NCBI GenBank assembly: GCA_050633305.1
Contig: JBOEGF010000014.1
Span: 395,436 to 459,435 of the forward strand
Length of the DNA stretch: 64,000 bases
Reading direction: 5' to 3'
Source: Nannocystales bacterium
GTDB taxonomy: Bacteria > Myxococcota_A > Polyangia > Nannocystales > Nannocystaceae
Below the pieces are notes generated by a model. The model was given only the letters and a program-made list of their open reading frames with translations, made no database searches and was not told the origin of the DNA. Positions within the stretch are counted from its first letter, which is position 1, and every line of letters starts with the position of its first letter. The position numbers were made by a program, and so were the translations under genes. This document shows, piece after piece, positions 60,781 to 64,000 of this stretch.

Positions 60781-60857
60781 ACGCGGGCGCTCCCGGGTCG
60801 AAGGCGAGACGGGCCCGAGCGCGGCCCGTCTCCCAAGGCTGGTGGGCCCAGCGATGA

Positions 60858-62117
60858 TCAGCCACCATGTTTGTACAGCTGTAGCTGGCTCTCGGTCGCC
60901 CATGCAGTGACGCCACACTCGGGGATCGAGGCGACGATCGGAGCCTCGCTGCTGCTGAAGGGCCACGGCGTCTCCGAGAAGTCGTCGATGAGGGTGTACA
61001 CGTCCGCCTGGCTGTCGAACTCGTAGAGCAGGTGCTGCTCGCCTGCCATGAACAGGTAGCGATCGGTCAGCGGATCGACGGTCAGCAAGTCGACCCGAAT
61101 CCCGAAACCGATCGGCGCATCCGACATTCGATGCACCTGCGCATCGGCGTCGACCCGGATCACGACAGTCCCGGTGTCGTTGCCGCCCGCGAGCAGGACC
61201 TCTCCCAGTCCAGGGTTGTCTCGACCCAACGAGTGGTGGCCGCTGACGTCAAAGTCTCCGTACTCTTGCCAGGCGCGTGTCTGTGGGTCGTAGAGTCGAA
61301 GCCCGCCGTCTCGGCTGTAGTTCAGTAGCTCGTCGCGCGCCGAGAACCATTCGATGATCGCGGTCAGCTGAGGGTCCACGCCTTCGGGCAACACGCTCCA
61401 CGACTCGTCCTCGATGTCGAAGCGATGGACGTCCGTCTGCAGGTGATAGAAGTGCCCCCGCGAAGTGTCGAGTGCATTGCGGGCATAGATGTGTCCGAAC
61501 GCGTTGTAAAACGGCGGGCCCGCGTAGTCCGGTACGGTGTCGTCCAGCCCGACGTCGCTCCACATGTGGTCCTGCGCCGAGTACCGCACGAAGCGACGGG
61601 TCTGCCTCAGCCCCATGAAGTAGATCTCCGACGTGCCGGGGTTCCACTGCGCGTCGTCGGACCACGTCGCGATGTCCAGGCCTCCGACCGAGCCATTCTC
61701 GGGATGCACATAGGGCGGTGCCCATTGCAGCTCGCCGAGGCCCGGTCCGACCTCGGCCCAGCTCCGGTTTGGCATCGATGCCGCGACGCGACCGAGTACC
61801 GTATCCCCGCAGTCGAGGGTGGTGCCTCCACTCGACGAACTCTCGCTTTCGGTCGCCTGCCCGGTTGAGGTGCTCGCGCTCGAGGCTGAGGAACTGGACG
61901 AGCCGCTCGTCCCCGCCTCCGCGGTCGTGGAGGGCCCAGCGCTGCCCTGTGAGGCCGCGTGGGTCCCCGTCCCCGAGCCTTCCGTGCCCTCCGTGGTGCC
62001 TGCTCCCATTCCAGCGTCGTCGTCACCGCAGCCGGGCACGAGCAGCGCCAACGCCAGGGGCAGTAAACATCGAAGGTGTCGAAAAACCGGGGAACGTGCG
62101 TGATGTTGTGTCGTCAT
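60858..62117 (-). CDS. Kelch-like beta-propeller lipoprotein
   Basis: Lipobox VPGC, Ser/Thr linker, repeated YS/FD/YD..W blades, LLAGG. Confidence 0.7.
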   Translation of the reverse strand: MTTQHHARSPVFRHLRCLLPLALALLVPGCGDDDAGMGAGTTEGTEGSGTGTHAASQGSAGPSTTAEAGTSGSSSSSASSASTSTGQATESESSSSGGTTLDCGDTVLGRVAASMPNRSWAEVGPGLGELQWAPPYVHPENGSVGGLDIATWSDDAQWNPGTSEIYFMGLRQTRRFVRYSAQDHMWSDVGLDDTVPDYAGPPFYNAFGHIYARNALDTSRGHFYHLQTDVHRFDIEDESWSVLPEGVDPQLTAIIEWFSARDELLNYSRDGGLRLYDPQTRAWQEYGDFDVSGHHSLGRDNPGLGEVLLAGGNDTGTVVIRVDADAQVHRMSDAPIGFGIRVDLLTVDPLTDRYLFMAGEQHLLYEFDSQADVYTLIDDFSETPWPFSSSEAPIVASIPECGVTAWATESQLQLYKHGG

Positions 62118-62401
62118 GGCTTCGTGTCGCGGAGTCAGGCGCGAGGTTTTCGGGAGCCTACCTGCGCGGCGTCTCGAGCGAGACCTCTGTGCTGCGCAAA
62201 CACGGACAAGTTCGAGCGGTGCCCTCAGGTCGAGGGCCACATCCCCCGCACGGACCCCAGGAAGGGGGCTCCCTGCGGTGTCTGTAAGCACCATCATCTT
62301 CGACGAGCTAGGGTGCTCGTAGACTCGCGCCCCCATCCCCCGGGAACCCGCTTGGACCTTGCCCGTCAGCTCGAATCCTGCCGCGGCTCTTCGCGGGGAT
62401 C

Positions 62402-62851
62402 CTAGTCGAGCGCCGACGCAGCCAGAGGTCGGTCGTCGTCGTGGGTCACGGGGATGCAGCCGGCTTCGGAGCCACACTTGAGGCAGCCGCCTCCACAGTC
62501 GCCGGGTGCCATGACGACCCTGCACCGCGCGCAGACGAAGAACGGCACGTCTCTCGTTCTCACGACGGCCTTGAGGGCGTCGCTCGCCAGGGATTGAGGC
62601 GGCGGAGTTTGAACATCGAACTCGCGGGCCAGTCGAGCTTCGTTGCTGAACAGTCGAGCCAAACAATAGAACATGTACGCGATGCCGACTCCGAGCAGCC
62701 CGAGGCCCAGCCAGCCGATGGGGGGCAGGATCCGCGCGGCGAGCAGACCAAGTCCGAGAAGGAGCGCGGCAACACCACCGGTATGTCCGTGCGCATCGAG
62801 CTTCCGCAGCGGATAGCATTCTCTACGCCAACCCGGGTTCGGCCGCGACAT
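62402..62851 (-). CDS. Hypothetical membrane protein with Zn-ribbon-like C-terminus
   Basis: Two TMs; CARC...CGGGCLKCG. Start uncertain. Confidence 0.55.
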   Translation of the reverse strand: MSRPNPGWRRECYPLRKLDAHGHTGGVAALLLGLGLLAARILPPIGWLGLGLLGVGIAYMFYCLARLFSNEARLAREFDVQTPPPQSLASDALKAVVRTRDVPFFVCARCRVVMAPGDCGGGCLKCGSEAGCIPVTHDDDRPLAASALD

Positions 62852-63249
62852 TCCGTCCTCACTACGGCCACGAGCGCGGTGTCGATTCGCGCAAACCACG
62901 GAATCAGCGTGGAGAGCTCCACGGCCGTCACGGCCATGGGTACGCCGATCCAGACGAAGTCGAGGACCAACGCGATACCCCAGCACCACAGCACCACGGT
63001 GAGCGGTCCACCGCCATCGTTGCGACCAGAGAGTGCGTGGACACCAAGGAGAACCACCGCCCAGCCGATGATGTTCACGGCGGCTTGCGCCCAGCTGAGG
63101 TAGGCCAGCATTTCGAAGTCGGATTCGAGGAGCCCGGCTCCATCGGCCGCCTGCCATGTGCCCGCCTTGAAGAAGAGCAGCGTCAGGCCCAGGACCAGCA
63201 TGGCGGCGAAGGCCAGGCGGATCTGTCGAGAGGTCTGGGCGGCATCCAT
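62560..63249 (-). CDS. Hypothetical membrane protein, 3' end doubtful
   Basis: Three or four TMs to ~62860; after that the frame overlaps the next gene and loses protein-like composition. Confidence 0.45.
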   Translation of the reverse strand: MDAAQTSRQIRLAFAAMLVLGLTLLFFKAGTWQAADGAGLLESDFEMLAYLSWAQAAVNIIGWAVVLLGVHALSGRNDGGGPLTVVLWCWGIALVLDFVWIGVPMAVTAVELSTLIPWFARIDTALVAVVRTECRGRTRVGVENAIRCGSSMRTDIPVVLPRSFSDLVCSPRGSCPPSAGWASGCSESASRTCSIVWLDCSATKLDWPASSMFKLRRLNPWRATPSRPS

Positions 63250-64000
63250 GGGTGGACCGGGGACCCCGCGCCGCGAATCGACCCTGCGCCAGGGGGAAAC
63301 GTCGTCGCGACCGCCGACGAGGATTGGGGCATCACGTCCGGACCCGGCAACAACGCTCGGAGGTCCACCTCGTAGAAGGCGGAATCGACTGGTCGTCGAT
63401 GCGCACCTTTCGTTCCGCGTCGATGCAGAGTTCCACAACCTCCTACGGCAGTTCCGGCAGCGTGGGTTCGTACGGCCCCGGAGTGCGGGGATCGATCACG
63501 TGTTCCTCCGCGACCCCGAATCGGTGCTTGCTGGAGAGCAACTCGGAGGCCTTCCTTGCCGACCATGAACTCGATGGTGCGACCTCCCGGATGAGTGACC
63601 ACCGATTCATGCTCACCGACCTCGAGATCGACGGGCCGGGGGGGTCGTCGACCTGCTCCCAGTGGTCGAGAGCATCTTCTGGTTCGGGCTACATCATCGC
63701 GGGAGACAGGGCGTTCGTGACATTCGGCCCGGAAGACGCGTGGGATCTGCCTGCCGCGACTCTTCGTGAGTCTTAAAAAACCGTGGCAGCGGTCGCTGTC
63801 TCGATAGGTGGGCCGAATGCCGATACGTGGGGTCGGAGCCGCCTCGTTCTCGCGACCTCGTGATCGAGTCGGGGACGGTATCCCCTCTCCACGAAAACCT
63901 GGCCCTGGGGACAGGTACGTCGAGCCCAACCGCCCCAGGGTCCGCCCAGGGAACCCGCTGGTTTGCTGGGAATCGGGGGGAATCCCTGCAGGACTGTACA

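Overview
High-GC DNA with the gene content of a myxobacterium, probably Nannocystaceae-like. This is inferred from Ser/Thr kinase-TPR proteins, MYXO-CTERM-like tails, and many Cys-rich and FG-GAP lipoproteins. The best candidate for an undescribed system is a compact RiPP (graspetide-type) cluster at 49248-56112. It encodes an MvdC/MvdD-like ATP-grasp ligase and a 57-aa precursor that is missing from the ORF track (50408-50581; double-glycine leader, core TTSCSCGGADDCDQQAF). These are followed by a GAF-HlyD adaptor, a C39-peptidase ABC exporter, a second adaptor and a coupled EreA/ChaN-like lipoprotein. The second candidate is a consensus sigma-54 promoter (42261-42277, minus strand) whose predicted start coincides with a ~125-nt, end-paired structured RNA next to an orphan ATP synthase c-subunit gene. 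Also present are a steroid 5-alpha-reductase/SDR pair, a GST-TetR pair with an operator palindrome, a perfect 24-bp palindrome, a lower-GC C39-like peptidase, an ECF sigma/anti-sigma pair, a two-component system, hisN and several secreted proteases. I recognised no rRNA, tRNA, CRISPR array or transposase. Family calls come from motif reading by eye, not database searches, and many start codons are my own estimates.
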